Shown piece by piece: positions 42,656 through 50,852 of a stretch of 64,000 nucleotides of DNA (its first letter is position 1; each line of letters begins with the position of its first letter). The notes under the pieces were generated by a model. The model worked only from the letters and a program-made list of their open reading frames with translations, was not told the origin of the DNA and searched no databases. The position numbers and the translations under genes are program-made. The DNA comes from an uncultured Archangium sp. (GTDB lineage: Bacteria; Myxococcota; Myxococcia; Myxococcales; Myxococcaceae), in assembly GCA_964459885.1 (NCBI GenBank), contig CAYWON010000011.1, positions 3,302 through 67,301 of the forward strand. The letters run 5' to 3'.

Positions 42656-42868
42656 GTGCACTTCGGCAAGGCCACGCTCTCTGACCTGCTCGCGATCCCC
42701 GAAGGGGAGCGACGGCACGAGATCATCGACGGTGAGGTGACGCTGAAAGGCGCGGCGACGCCCGGTCACGGCGCGGCGCAGGCAGCTGTCGGAGGAAGTC
42801 TCTGGGGCCCGTTCAGTCGAAAGCCCGGGGGCCCGAACGCGCCGGGTCCTCGTGGCGCAGCGCGCTGA
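42656..42868 (+). pseudogene. truncated Uma2 (DUF820) endonuclease-family remnant
   Basis: About 70 codons from GTG 42656. ATLSDLLAIPEGERRHEIIDGEV...PGHG..Q matches the Uma2 N-terminus, then the frame diverges and stops after RKPGGPN. Full-length members are about 190 aa. Confidence 0.45.
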
Positions 42869-42994
42869 GCGCGGCGAGAAGATCCGCCCGGAGCCGTTCG
42901 ATGCGCTGGAGTTCGAAGTGGCGGTGCTGTTCGGTGACGACCCGCAGGAGTGATCCGTCTGCGGGCGCAGCGTCGTGACGCGCACGCCCCACCT

Positions 42995-43693
42995 CTACAC
43001 AGGTTGGGCGTGCACCTCGATCTCGAACAGCGTCGGCCACCGCTTGCCCGTGATGAACAGGCGCCGCTGCTCGGTGTCCCACGCGATGCCGTTGGTGACG
43101 TCCTGGCTGGGGAACCGGCGGGCGATGCGCGAGACGTCGATGACGGCGGTGACGCAGCCCGACGCGGGGTCGATGCGCACGATGACGTCGCGCTGCCAGA
43201 GGTTGGCCAGCACCTCGCCGTCGACGACGCACAGCGCGTTGAGCGCCCGCACCGGCCAGCCGTCGAGCGTCACCTGCACCCGCCGCTGCTCCGAGAAGTC
43301 GCGCGGGTCGACGAAGCGCAGCACGTCGGTGCCTTCGCTCATGACGAGCGCGTCGCCCAGCCGGGCCAGCCCCCAGCCCTCGCCCGCGTACCGCAGCGTG
43401 CGCGTCGGCTCGAGCGTGTCGACGTCGTAGGCGAAGGCCGCGCCGGTCTGCCACGTCAGCTGGAACAGCTCCGCGCCTACGACGGCGATGCCCTCGCCGA
43501 AGTGCGGCGGCGCCAGCGCGCGCTGATCCAACACGAGGCCGCTGCGGAGATCGACGCGGCGCACCGTCGACGCCCCCACCAACCCCGTGCCCTCGTACAG
43601 CCGGCCGCGCTCCAGGCACAGGCCCTGCGTGAAGGCCGCCGGGTCGTGCGGCCAACGCGCCACCACGCGCGCCTCACACTGCGTCGCCTTCAC
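42995..43693 (-). CDS. glutaminyl-peptide cyclotransferase (beta-propeller type)
   Basis: GTG at 43693, directly abutting the stop of the upstream zinc-ribbon ORF. HDPAAFTQGL...LYEGTG..G.S.VRRVDL..G is the QC signature. No signal peptide is evident from this start. Confidence 0.8.
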   Translation of the reverse strand: MKATQCEARVVARWPHDPAAFTQGLCLERGRLYEGTGLVGASTVRRVDLRSGLVLDQRALAPPHFGEGIAVVGAELFQLTWQTGAAFAYDVDTLEPTRTLRYAGEGWGLARLGDALVMSEGTDVLRFVDPRDFSEQRRVQVTLDGWPVRALNALCVVDGEVLANLWQRDVIVRIDPASGCVTAVIDVSRIARRFPSQDVTNGIAWDTEQRRLFITGKRWPTLFEIEVHAQPV

Positions 43694-44016
43694 GCCGCCC
43701 CTCCCGCGTCGTCGTCGTCGACGTACCAGTCGCGGTGCCGCGAGTAGCGATGGCACTTCAGGCACGCCGTGACCTCCCACTGGTAGTCGCACTTCGGGCA
43801 GCGGCCCTGCGTGTCGAAGGTGTTCCAGCTGTGCCAACAGCCCGGCTTGCAGCACCAGCGATCGCTGGCCCGCGGCACCCACGCACACAGCGGGCAGCGG
43901 ATCTTCCGCGGCCGGTTCAGCAGCTTCTCGAGGTCGACCAGTGGGGTCGCGGGTGGTGCTCCGGGCTTTGTCAGGCAGTGGAGTGGGTGCATGTGCGGCA
44001 TTGTAGGTGTGGCCAC
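43690..44016 (-). CDS. Cys/His/Trp-rich zinc-ribbon protein
   Basis: 108 aa. CPLCAW...CCKPGCWHSW...CPKCDYQW...CLKCH, followed by an acidic tail. Confidence 0.6.
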   Translation of the reverse strand: MATPTMPHMHPLHCLTKPGAPPATPLVDLEKLLNRPRKIRCPLCAWVPRASDRWCCKPGCWHSWNTFDTQGRCPKCDYQWEVTACLKCHRYSRHRDWYVDDDDAGGAA

Positions 44017-44057
44017 CGACAGGTTGGTACGAGGCCCCGGAATTCAATGGGTTGAGA

Positions 44058-44100
44058 CGTCGAAGACTGACGTTGAAGGGTCGAAGACTGACTTTGGAAG
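44058..44100. repeat. tandem 21/22-bp direct repeat (gtcgaagactgacNttNgaagg x2), with degenerate copies to about 44150
   Basis: gtcgaagactgac occurs at 44058-44070 and 44079-44091. Further ggaagg-terminated units follow, including gtcgaagcgcc at 44121. Confidence 0.7.
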
Positions 44101-44193
44101 GTGCTCCGGAGGCGCGGGAAGGTCGAAGCGCCTCGACGGAACGTGGAAGGCATCGAGCGGGGCGTTGAAGCCCACGCTCGACGGGTCAGCGCT

Positions 44194-44865
44194 TCACGCG
44201 GGCACGGTCTTCTTCCTGGGCGAAGCCTTCGAGGGCACGAGGGCGCGGAACAAGGCGACGATCTCGGGCTTGTCGGCGAAGCCGAGCGAGCCTGCGTTGA
44301 TGATGGTGTCGACGGCCTTCTCGATGCGGAGCTGCGCCTGCTTGCGGTCGGCGACGGGGAGCTTCCTGGTGACCTTGGTGGCCTCCTGCGCGGCGTCTGC
44401 CAAAGAGAGCGCGGCGCGGTGGGCGCGGAGCTTGTCGATGTCGGCGCTGAGCAGGCTCGCGGCGCGGGTGACCTCGGGGTGGCGGGTGGCTCCGTCGATG
44501 AAGGCGTCGAGCGCGGTGATGATGGTCTGGAGCTTGTTGGTGGTCGGCCGCAGCGAGAGCCCGAAGGCGGCGCGCGCGTCGTCCTTCGGCGCGGCGCGGG
44601 TCAACGCGCCACGGGTCAACGTGAGGAAGTCGAGCGCGCGGCGGGCGGTGTCGTCCTGGTTGCGGGTGGCTTCACGCAGGGACTCTTTGGCGAGCGACGC
44701 GGCGCTCTGCTTGCCGTCGAAGGTGTCGAGATCGGCCGTGAGCCCGTCGAGCAGCCCGGCGGGCAGACGCGCTTCGATGGTGGCCTTGTGTTTGTTCGCC
44801 AGCTCCAGCGCTCCACGACCCACGCGTGACACGTCGCCCGGCGCCCACTTCGGAGTTGCTGCCAT
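44194..44865 (-). CDS. hypothetical all-helical protein
   Basis: ATG at 44865 with a strong SD (GAGGGGGG) upstream; the track ORF begins at a TTG at 44934. 223 aa. Codon usage looks host-like. No domain recognised. Confidence 0.55.
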   Translation of the reverse strand: MAATPKWAPGDVSRVGRGALELANKHKATIEARLPAGLLDGLTADLDTFDGKQSAASLAKESLREATRNQDDTARRALDFLTLTRGALTRAAPKDDARAAFGLSLRPTTNKLQTIITALDAFIDGATRHPEVTRAASLLSADIDKLRAHRAALSLADAAQEATKVTRKLPVADRKQAQLRIEKAVDTIINAGSLGFADKPEIVALFRALVPSKASPRKKTVPA

Positions 44866-44944
44866 GTGTACCCCCCTCAAGTGCCGCGAGAGTGCGGCGC
44901 ACGGAGGAGACCCGGCCGAGTTGAGGGCCGTCAAGGTGGAGGCC

Positions 44945-45685
44945 TCAAGTTCCCGGGAAGAGGTCGCCCTGCGTGACGCGCGGCGGCCAGAAGACCCCGA
45001 GGATCAGGAAAGTCTGCGGGTGCGCCTGCATGTTGCCGGTGAAGAACAGAGGGTCCTTCTTCGGTCCGCACAGCTCGTCGAAGTACTTGGTCTGCACAGC
45101 GCGAATCGTCGCTTCTTCAGAGTGTCCTCGGCGGTAGCCGCGCCACAGCTCGGCGAGTTCCCAGTCGAGGATCTTCATCTGGTGCGGCTCTTTCGTGCGG
45201 CAGTCGTGGCAGCGGTACCGGTTTGCGAGCTGCTCGTCCGTCCAATCCGGCGTGCTCTCCGGTGCCGCGACAACCTCGAGAACCTCGCGTGGTCGGAAGA
45301 CGCCCAGCGACGTTCCGTTCTGCGTCTGCGCCTCCTGAATCGTGCACATCGACGGCTGAAGAAGTGGGAGCACCACTTCCTTGCGAGCCTTCCACTCCCT
45401 GTCGGTGGAGAGCTCCTCGCCGAGGATCTTGATGCTCTCGGTGATCGGTCGAATCGTCTCGGGGCGAGGGTCGGTCTTCTTCTTGTTCGCCTCGTAGGTG
45501 ACCTCGACCCACTGGTACTTCTTGAAGCGTTGGCTCTCGTCGAGGTCGCGGAAGGGGATCGGATACAGCCGGACCCACTTCTTCTCGTCGGAGATGCCGG
45601 CGATGCACGCCGCCTCGCCAAGGGTGCTGCTGGGGTTCGGGTACGCCTTGACCGTGATCAGCACCTTCTTCTTCGACAACGCCAT
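44945..45685 (-). CDS. hypothetical protein, no recognised domain (partner of the DUF488 fusion gene)
   Basis: 246 aa with a G-rich SD upstream. K/E/W-rich composition and more A/T at third codon positions than flanking genes. Features: KAYPNPSSTLGEAACIAGIS...WVRLYPIPFR and CHDCRT...H. Confidence 0.7.
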   Translation of the reverse strand: MALSKKKVLITVKAYPNPSSTLGEAACIAGISDEKKWVRLYPIPFRDLDESQRFKKYQWVEVTYEANKKKTDPRPETIRPITESIKILGEELSTDREWKARKEVVLPLLQPSMCTIQEAQTQNGTSLGVFRPREVLEVVAAPESTPDWTDEQLANRYRCHDCRTKEPHQMKILDWELAELWRGYRRGHSEEATIRAVQTKYFDELCGPKKDPLFFTGNMQAHPQTFLILGVFWPPRVTQGDLFPGT

Positions 45686-45715
45686 CCCACGCCCCCGTGC
45701 GCGAAGTCGCGCGAG

Positions 45716-46585
45716 CTACAGGTGAACCACGTCGAGTCCCACTCGCTTCGAGATGATGGGCGCCAGTGAGCCGCGGTGGCAATCGTGCGCGTGCGCCTCG
45801 AAGCAGAGCAGCGCCGACGGCCGCTCCAGCATCAGCGCCTCGACGCGTGCCTGGGCGTCGCTCGCTTCAGGGACAATCGTCTTTCGGTAATGCGCGAAGA
45901 GTTCACTGCGCGCGCCGGGCTTCGAGAGGTCGACACGAAGACTCGAAGGAATGCCGAGCTGAGGAACGTGCACGTAGTCGATGCCGACGTTCTTGCAGTG
46001 TCCCTTCAAGACGCCGCCGATGAACCCGTACTTGTTCGAGTACGCGTTCTTTCGAACGTCGACGACGCGTCGAATGCCTTTCTCGAGCAGCTTGTTCAAG
46101 AAGCTGTCGACCGAGCCGCCTTCGTAGCCGCAAGTGTAGATGGCTGGAGGCGCGAGCCGCGGCTTCACAGCCTGACTCTTGCTCCGCGACGCAAACCACG
46201 GGTGCTTCTCGTAGACGCGTTCGATGAGTTCGCTGCGACTGAGGTTGCCCCAGCCTTCGAGCACGGCATCGACGATGGCGCTCGCCTTGCGGGTGAGCTT
46301 GGTCAACGCCGCGTCGACGCGCTCGCGAGACGCGATGGCGACCGAGTCGTCGCTTGCGGTCATCAGGCCGGCGCGGACCAGCTTGTCGAACTCGTTGTAG
46401 GCGGTGAACGAGAAGGGGCCGTATTGGTACGGGAGGAAGTCGTAGAACGGCAGCGCATCGGCCGCGTGGTGTTCGGCGCCTGCGATGAACAGCCACTTCA
46501 CCAGCTTGAGCCGAGTGACCGTGCCGGGCGCGCGGGCAACGAAAGCAAGCTGCATTCGTTGTCGCCCGAAGAGGATTTCACTCAT
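45716..46585 (-). CDS. fusion protein: N-terminal winged-helix/SocA-Panacea (DUF4065)-like region plus C-terminal DUF488
   Basis: 289 aa. The C-terminal 140 aa match DUF488 (YeaO family) landmarks: IYTCGYEG...F...L...GIRRVVDVR, GIDYVHVPQLG and ALLCFEAHAHDCHR. The N-terminal LKLVKWLF...YQYGPFSFTAYNEF resembles Panacea; this is tentative. Confidence 0.75.
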   Translation of the reverse strand: MSEILFGRQRMQLAFVARAPGTVTRLKLVKWLFIAGAEHHAADALPFYDFLPYQYGPFSFTAYNEFDKLVRAGLMTASDDSVAIASRERVDAALTKLTRKASAIVDAVLEGWGNLSRSELIERVYEKHPWFASRSKSQAVKPRLAPPAIYTCGYEGGSVDSFLNKLLEKGIRRVVDVRKNAYSNKYGFIGGVLKGHCKNVGIDYVHVPQLGIPSSLRVDLSKPGARSELFAHYRKTIVPEASDAQARVEALMLERPSALLCFEAHAHDCHRGSLAPIISKRVGLDVVHL

Positions 46586-46593
46586 CGGGAAAA

Positions 46594-46609
46594 GATCTCA
46601 CGCGAGATC
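46594..46609. promoter_or_regulatory. perfect palindrome GATCTC-N4-GAGATC, 9 bp upstream of the DUF488 gene start
   Basis: On the minus strand it reads GATCTCGCGTGAGATC followed by TTTTCCCGATG. It could be an hsdS terminator-like hairpin or an operator/translation-control hairpin. Confidence 0.3.
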
Positions 46610-46700
46610 GTCAGGGTCCAGCCAAGAGGTCCCGAGCGTAGCTGTGCAGCCAGCCAACGGAGTCGACGTCACGGCGGTCCGACACTGGCTTCTGATGCGA

Positions 46701-48119
46701 CTACGTCACGAGTTCGCCGCGGAAGGCCTTCGCGAGCAGCGCGCGTTCGAACGAGTCCACGTTCAGCAGCAGGTCGAATGCGACCATCTTTCCGCCGTTT
46801 GCTCCATCCAGCGTGGACCGCAGACCACGCATGAGTTCGGCTTGCTCGGCAGCAGGCGCAAGTGGAACTGCGCGCGCTCGGATGTCGCTGAGGTTCATTC
46901 GTACGCGGCCAAGTCCGTGGCCAGCGCCAGCCGCACGTGCAAGCGAGCCAGGGCTGTTCAAGCTCCACATCACGAAGTTCCGTGAGATCGCCGCGACAGG
47001 CCGAACCCGGACGCAGTCCGCTTTCACAATCGCTTTGCCGAGCGCAGCCGGAGCTTCGCAACAGCGTCCGACGGGCTCGGCGAGCGCGGACACGATGAGG
47101 TCGCCTGCCACAACCTCATGGCGAATCAGTTGGTCGAACTTCTCGCGTGGAACCCGCGCGAGGTCGCCGTCTTTGAAGACGCCTACGCCGAGGTTGCCGA
47201 GCCTCACGACCACGGGTCCATCACTCACGTAGTCGGCAGACTTCAGATGAGAGCCGAACGGACCATCCACGATTCCGTCCGCCTCGTGCGTGATCGATTC
47301 GAGACTGGTCCACGCCCAACTCGGAGGGAGGTCGGGAAGGTCGGAGGTGTCGACGGGTTCGGGCTCGACGTACTTGGACTTCCACTTGTCGTCCTTCGGC
47401 GACTTGCCCTTGGCCTTCAGCTTCGCGAGTTCGGCGGCTTCCCACTTCTGGCGGCGCTCGATGCGGATGCGCTCGAGGAGCTTCGACGCGGGCTCGACGT
47501 CGGGGTTCTTCTTCCTCCAGTCGGCCGTCAGGTCGCCCCGGAACGCCGCCGCCAACACCGACTGCCGGTACTGCTCCACCAGCGCGGGCACCGCCTCGAG
47601 TTGCTCCCTCGCCGCTCGGGTCAGTACCAGCAATTCGTCGAGCTTCGCCACGATGCGCCGCTGAACATCGAGCGGAGGAATTCCGAGCTCAGTCCCTTCG
47701 AACTTGCCCTTCGTGATGTGTCCGAGCCCGACTCCGCCGTGAGCCTTCTCGATGAAGGTCGAAAGCCGCTGGTTCAGCGCGAAGCGAACGAAGCGCTTGT
47801 CGAGGGCCGCCTCATCGATCTCCACCTTGAAAATATGCTGGTTGAGAACGGCTCGGCCGCCGTTCCAGATGTGTGCTCCGAATGATGTGCCGGGAGTTCC
47901 GGACCACGCGAACAGGAGTTGCCCCGAATCGATGATGTGACGTGGCTCTACCTCGCCGTCGAAGTGATTGAACGGTGCATCCGCATTGTTCAGGTTCTGA
48001 ATTCGAACGATCGGCAGACCCGACCTCGACCAGTCCGTCGGCTTGAACGCGCGCCCGTTCTGGAGCCTGCAGACTTCGCCGACCGTCTTCGTCTCCCAAT
48101 CCGATGGGAAGTCGCTCAT
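46701..48119 (-). CDS. hsdS: type I restriction-modification specificity subunit
   Basis: Start MSDFPSDWE at 48119 overlaps the hsdM stop (ATGA). Two TRD-like halves (NGRAFKP...GLPIVRIQNL and a second copy) are separated by conserved helical spacers. Confidence 0.9.
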   Translation of the reverse strand: MSDFPSDWETKTVGEVCRLQNGRAFKPTDWSRSGLPIVRIQNLNNADAPFNHFDGEVEPRHIIDSGQLLFAWSGTPGTSFGAHIWNGGRAVLNQHIFKVEIDEAALDKRFVRFALNQRLSTFIEKAHGGVGLGHITKGKFEGTELGIPPLDVQRRIVAKLDELLVLTRAAREQLEAVPALVEQYRQSVLAAAFRGDLTADWRKKNPDVEPASKLLERIRIERRQKWEAAELAKLKAKGKSPKDDKWKSKYVEPEPVDTSDLPDLPPSWAWTSLESITHEADGIVDGPFGSHLKSADYVSDGPVVVRLGNLGVGVFKDGDLARVPREKFDQLIRHEVVAGDLIVSALAEPVGRCCEAPAALGKAIVKADCVRVRPVAAISRNFVMWSLNSPGSLARAAGAGHGLGRVRMNLSDIRARAVPLAPAAEQAELMRGLRSTLDGANGGKMVAFDLLLNVDSFERALLAKAFRGELVT

Positions 48120-49555
48120 GCGGACCTCTCCAACTCGGTCACGGCAGCGAGCGCTCCTTCGAGCTTCTCGCGGATCTGCGCGAGCACCACCTCCGGCTCC
48201 GGCAGGTCGTCCGCGTCGGTGTGGCTCTCGTCCTTCAGCCACGCGACGTCGAGGTTGTCGTTGCGCTCCTTGATGGCCTCGCGCGTGAACTTCCGGAAGC
48301 GGCCTTCTTCACCCTGGTCCTTCCGCTTCGACTTCCCGTTCGCGTCTTCGCCGTACGCCGCTCGGAACTCCGCGAAGTGCTCCAACGTGAACGGCGTGCG
48401 CTTGCCGAACGCCGGCATGTTCGCGCGCATGTCGAAGAACCACGTCGCCTTCGTGTTGCCCTTGTCAGTCGCCCCGCGCGTGAAGAACAGCACGTTCGTC
48501 TTCACGCCCTGGGCGTAGAAGATGCCCGTCGGCAGACGCAGCACCGTGTGGAGGTCGCACTTGTCCATCAGGTCGGCGCGAATCTGCCGGCCGACGCCGT
48601 CTTCGAAGAGCACGTTGTCAGGCACCACCACCGCCGCGCGGCCGCCGGGCTTCAGCGCCCGGTACACGTGCTCGATGAACGCCAGCTGCTTGTTGCTGGT
48701 GGGGAACGTGAAGTCGTCGCGCGTGGGGCGCCCACCGCCGGCTTTGTTCCCGAACGGCGGGTTGGTGAGGATGACGTCGGCCTTCGTCTTCGCCAGCTCC
48801 GCGCCCTGCGGTGACAGCGTGTCGCCCGCGCGCAGGTCGCCTTCGATGTCGTGGAGCAGCAGGTTCATCAACGCCAGCCGCCGCGTCTCGTCGACGAGCT
48901 CCATGCCGTAGAACGCCTGGCGTTTCTGGAACTCCTGCTTGCCCGCCGGGAGGTCGAAGAGGTTGTCGGTGTTCGCCTTGATGAAGCGGTCGGCCTCTAT
49001 GAGGAAGCCCGCGGTGCCGGCCGCCGGGTCCTGCACCAGCTCGCCGGGCTGCGGCTTCAAGCACTGCACCATCGCGGTCACCAACGGGCGCGGCGTGAAG
49101 TACTGGCCGGCGCCCGACTTCACTTCGTTGGCGTTCTTCTGGAGCAGCCCTTCGTAGAGATCGCCCAGGTTCTCGCGGTCTTCGCTGAACCAGCTGAGCT
49201 CGTCGAAGTGCCGCACCAGCGCGCCAAGCGTCTTCGGGTGCTTCACGGTGGTCTGCGCGCCCTCGTAGATGTCTTTGACGAGCTTGTTCTTCGACTTGCC
49301 GAGGTCGAGGAGCAGCTGTCGGTAGTGCTCGAGTTGCTCGACGCCCTCGCGTTTGACCAGCGAGTCCCATCGCTGCTTCTCGGGGAGCACGCCGTCTTCG
49401 CGCTTCTGCTCCTTCATCATCTTGAGGAAGAGCAGGTAGGTCAGCTCGGTCACGTACTGGTGGTAGGTGACGCCGTCTTCACGGAGCAGCGTGCACAGGT
49501 TCCAGAGCTTCTGAACGATGTCGGTCGTCGCGGTGGCCATCGGGCGGCGCACCAT
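48116..49555 (-). CDS. hsdM: type I restriction-modification N6-adenine DNA methyltransferase subunit
   Basis: HsdM N-terminal domain (IVQKLWNLCTLLREDG), motif I DPAAGTAGFL and catalytic NPPF (LTNPPFGNK). Start at 49555 (MVRRP) or 49540 (MATATT). Confidence 0.95.
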   Translation of the reverse strand: MVRRPMATATTDIVQKLWNLCTLLREDGVTYHQYVTELTYLLFLKMMKEQKREDGVLPEKQRWDSLVKREGVEQLEHYRQLLLDLGKSKNKLVKDIYEGAQTTVKHPKTLGALVRHFDELSWFSEDRENLGDLYEGLLQKNANEVKSGAGQYFTPRPLVTAMVQCLKPQPGELVQDPAAGTAGFLIEADRFIKANTDNLFDLPAGKQEFQKRQAFYGMELVDETRRLALMNLLLHDIEGDLRAGDTLSPQGAELAKTKADVILTNPPFGNKAGGGRPTRDDFTFPTSNKQLAFIEHVYRALKPGGRAAVVVPDNVLFEDGVGRQIRADLMDKCDLHTVLRLPTGIFYAQGVKTNVLFFTRGATDKGNTKATWFFDMRANMPAFGKRTPFTLEHFAEFRAAYGEDANGKSKRKDQGEEGRFRKFTREAIKERNDNLDVAWLKDESHTDADDLPEPEVVLAQIREKLEGALAAVTELERSA

Positions 49556-49604
49556 AGTCGCCGAGCGTTGGTCTTCGGCGGGGAACGCGCTATGCGGCGG
49601 CCGG

Positions 49605-49985
49605 ATGCCGGGGCCGGTCGACGAGTTGATCAAGGCGGTTGCCGAGGGCGCGCGAAAGGCGGCTCCAGGCGACGGTGCGCTCGTGAAGACGCACATCGCA
49701 CAGGCTCCGTTCAACCGCGAAGTTCGGCGCGAGGATGCCTGGGCCCGACTGGGGTATTCGGTCGCTGGTGCGGCACATCCTGCGCGGCTGGGCGAGACGA
49801 TCTCTGCGACGACCAGCCTCTCGAGCCTCGAGTTTCACACCGCGAAGCGGGTGCTCGACGGCCAATGGGCGCCCCAGACAACGCCCGAGGCGTACGAGGC
49901 TGATTGTCAGCGGGCAGCCCAGATGGCTTACCTCGTCAAGGGGCGCTCCGAGGCGTTCCTCTCGCTGCGACTCAAGCCCGCGTGA
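49605..49985 (+). CDS. hypothetical small protein
   Basis: 126 aa from ATG 49605. The track ORF starts at 49518, which would overlap hsdM. Third-position GC is consistent with coding. The SD is weak and no domain is recognised. Confidence 0.4.
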   Translation: MPGPVDELIKAVAEGARKAAPGDGALVKTHIAQAPFNREVRREDAWARLGYSVAGAAHPARLGETISATTSLSSLEFHTAKRVLDGQWAPQTTPEAYEADCQRAAQMAYLVKGRSEAFLSLRLKPA

Positions 49986-50063
49986 CAGCTACTGATTTTC
50001 CGAACGTGCGGGTGGTGCCGGGTCAGGTTCTGTTGGTCGTGTACGACACCGTGAAGGGACGAC

Positions 50064-50414
50064 ATGAACCTCTCCGCCTACATCGAAGCGCTGGAACGCT
50101 CCGCTAAGAACCTCCCGGGTGTGTTGCTCGACTGGGACTCGCTCGATGAGGAACTCCGCGCGCACTACTCGGAAGCGATGGTGGAGCTGTTGGCTCGCCA
50201 TCAGCAGGCTGACAGAGAAGCGTCGTCTGCCGAGCGCGTGCAACTGGGTCGCGCGTGGAGCGTTTTCATGACTGGTGTCGTCCAGCATGTGTGGGCGATC
50301 GCGAACTTCATGGGCTTCAACCCGCTTGAGCTCGTCGCGCCGTCGTCGGTGGTCGTGGACTCTTTCGAGCCTGCGTCCGGGGCGGCGTCGTCGCCCCTCG
50401 CCATCGCCGCATAG
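50064..50414 (+). CDS. hypothetical small helical protein
   Basis: 116 aa with a good SD (GAAGGGA 6 nt upstream). No domain recognised. Confidence 0.55.
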   Translation: MNLSAYIEALERSAKNLPGVLLDWDSLDEELRAHYSEAMVELLARHQQADREASSAERVQLGRAWSVFMTGVVQHVWAIANFMGFNPLELVAPSSVVVDSFEPASGAASSPLAIAA

Positions 50415-50417
50415 CCC

Positions 50418-50852
50418 ATGCGCATCGTCACGCTCATCGCGGCCGAGGGGGTTGCTGTCGACGTCTTCACGGGACGCGTGTCGGCCTACAACATCGTCGA
50501 CCGGATCTTCGCGCCGACGACACCGGCGCGGTTTCCCCGACTGCATCTGCTCGTGCAGTTCGAGCGCGGCGCTGACGAGCAGGCTGAGCGCTCGTTCCTC
50601 AAGATCGAGCTCCTCGCCCCGAGCGGTGCCGATGTGCTCAACGCGCCGCTTCAAGAAATGACCCTCACCGAGCGCACGCACACGTCGGTGCACCACGCGT
50701 GGAACGTTCATCTTCCCGATGTGGGCGACTACCTGCTGCGGGTGAGCGCTTCGCCCAGCGCTGAAGGCGCGTGGACCGAGATGTCGTCGCGTCTCGTTCC
50801 CGTGGTGCAGACCCAGCACCCGTTGATGCCGGTGCCGGCGCCGTCTCGCTGA
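50418..50852 (+). CDS. hypothetical small beta-rich protein (DUF6941-like, very tentative)
   Basis: 144 aa, beginning 3 nt after the previous stop. The N-terminus MRIVTLIAAEGVAVDVFTGRVSAYNIVDRIF...FP reminds me of DUF6941-type proteins. Confidence 0.5.
   Translation: MRIVTLIAAEGVAVDVFTGRVSAYNIVDRIFAPTTPARFPRLHLLVQFERGADEQAERSFLKIELLAPSGADVLNAPLQEMTLTERTHTSVHHAWNVHLPDVGDYLLRVSASPSAEGAWTEMSSRLVPVVQTQHPLMPVPAPSR

Noticed and set aside
42813-43655. 280-aa minus-strand ORF overlapping the glutaminyl cyclase gene in another frame, and the 350-aa extended QC ORF up to 44047
   Set aside because: The alternative frame gives an Arg/Ala/Gly-rich product. The extension of the QC frame overlaps the better-supported zinc-ribbon ORF and has a non-protein-like composition (runs of R and G).
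43971-44153. 60-aa minus-strand ORF with repeated STF/QSST peptides
   Set aside because: Its periodicity just reflects the 21-bp intergenic tandem repeat. It has no SD and no coding-like codon bias.
49518-49985. Full 155-aa version of the first small plus-strand ORF
   Set aside because: The first 29 codons overlap the hsdM N-terminus on the other strand. I kept only the version from ATG 49605, and even that is a low-confidence call.
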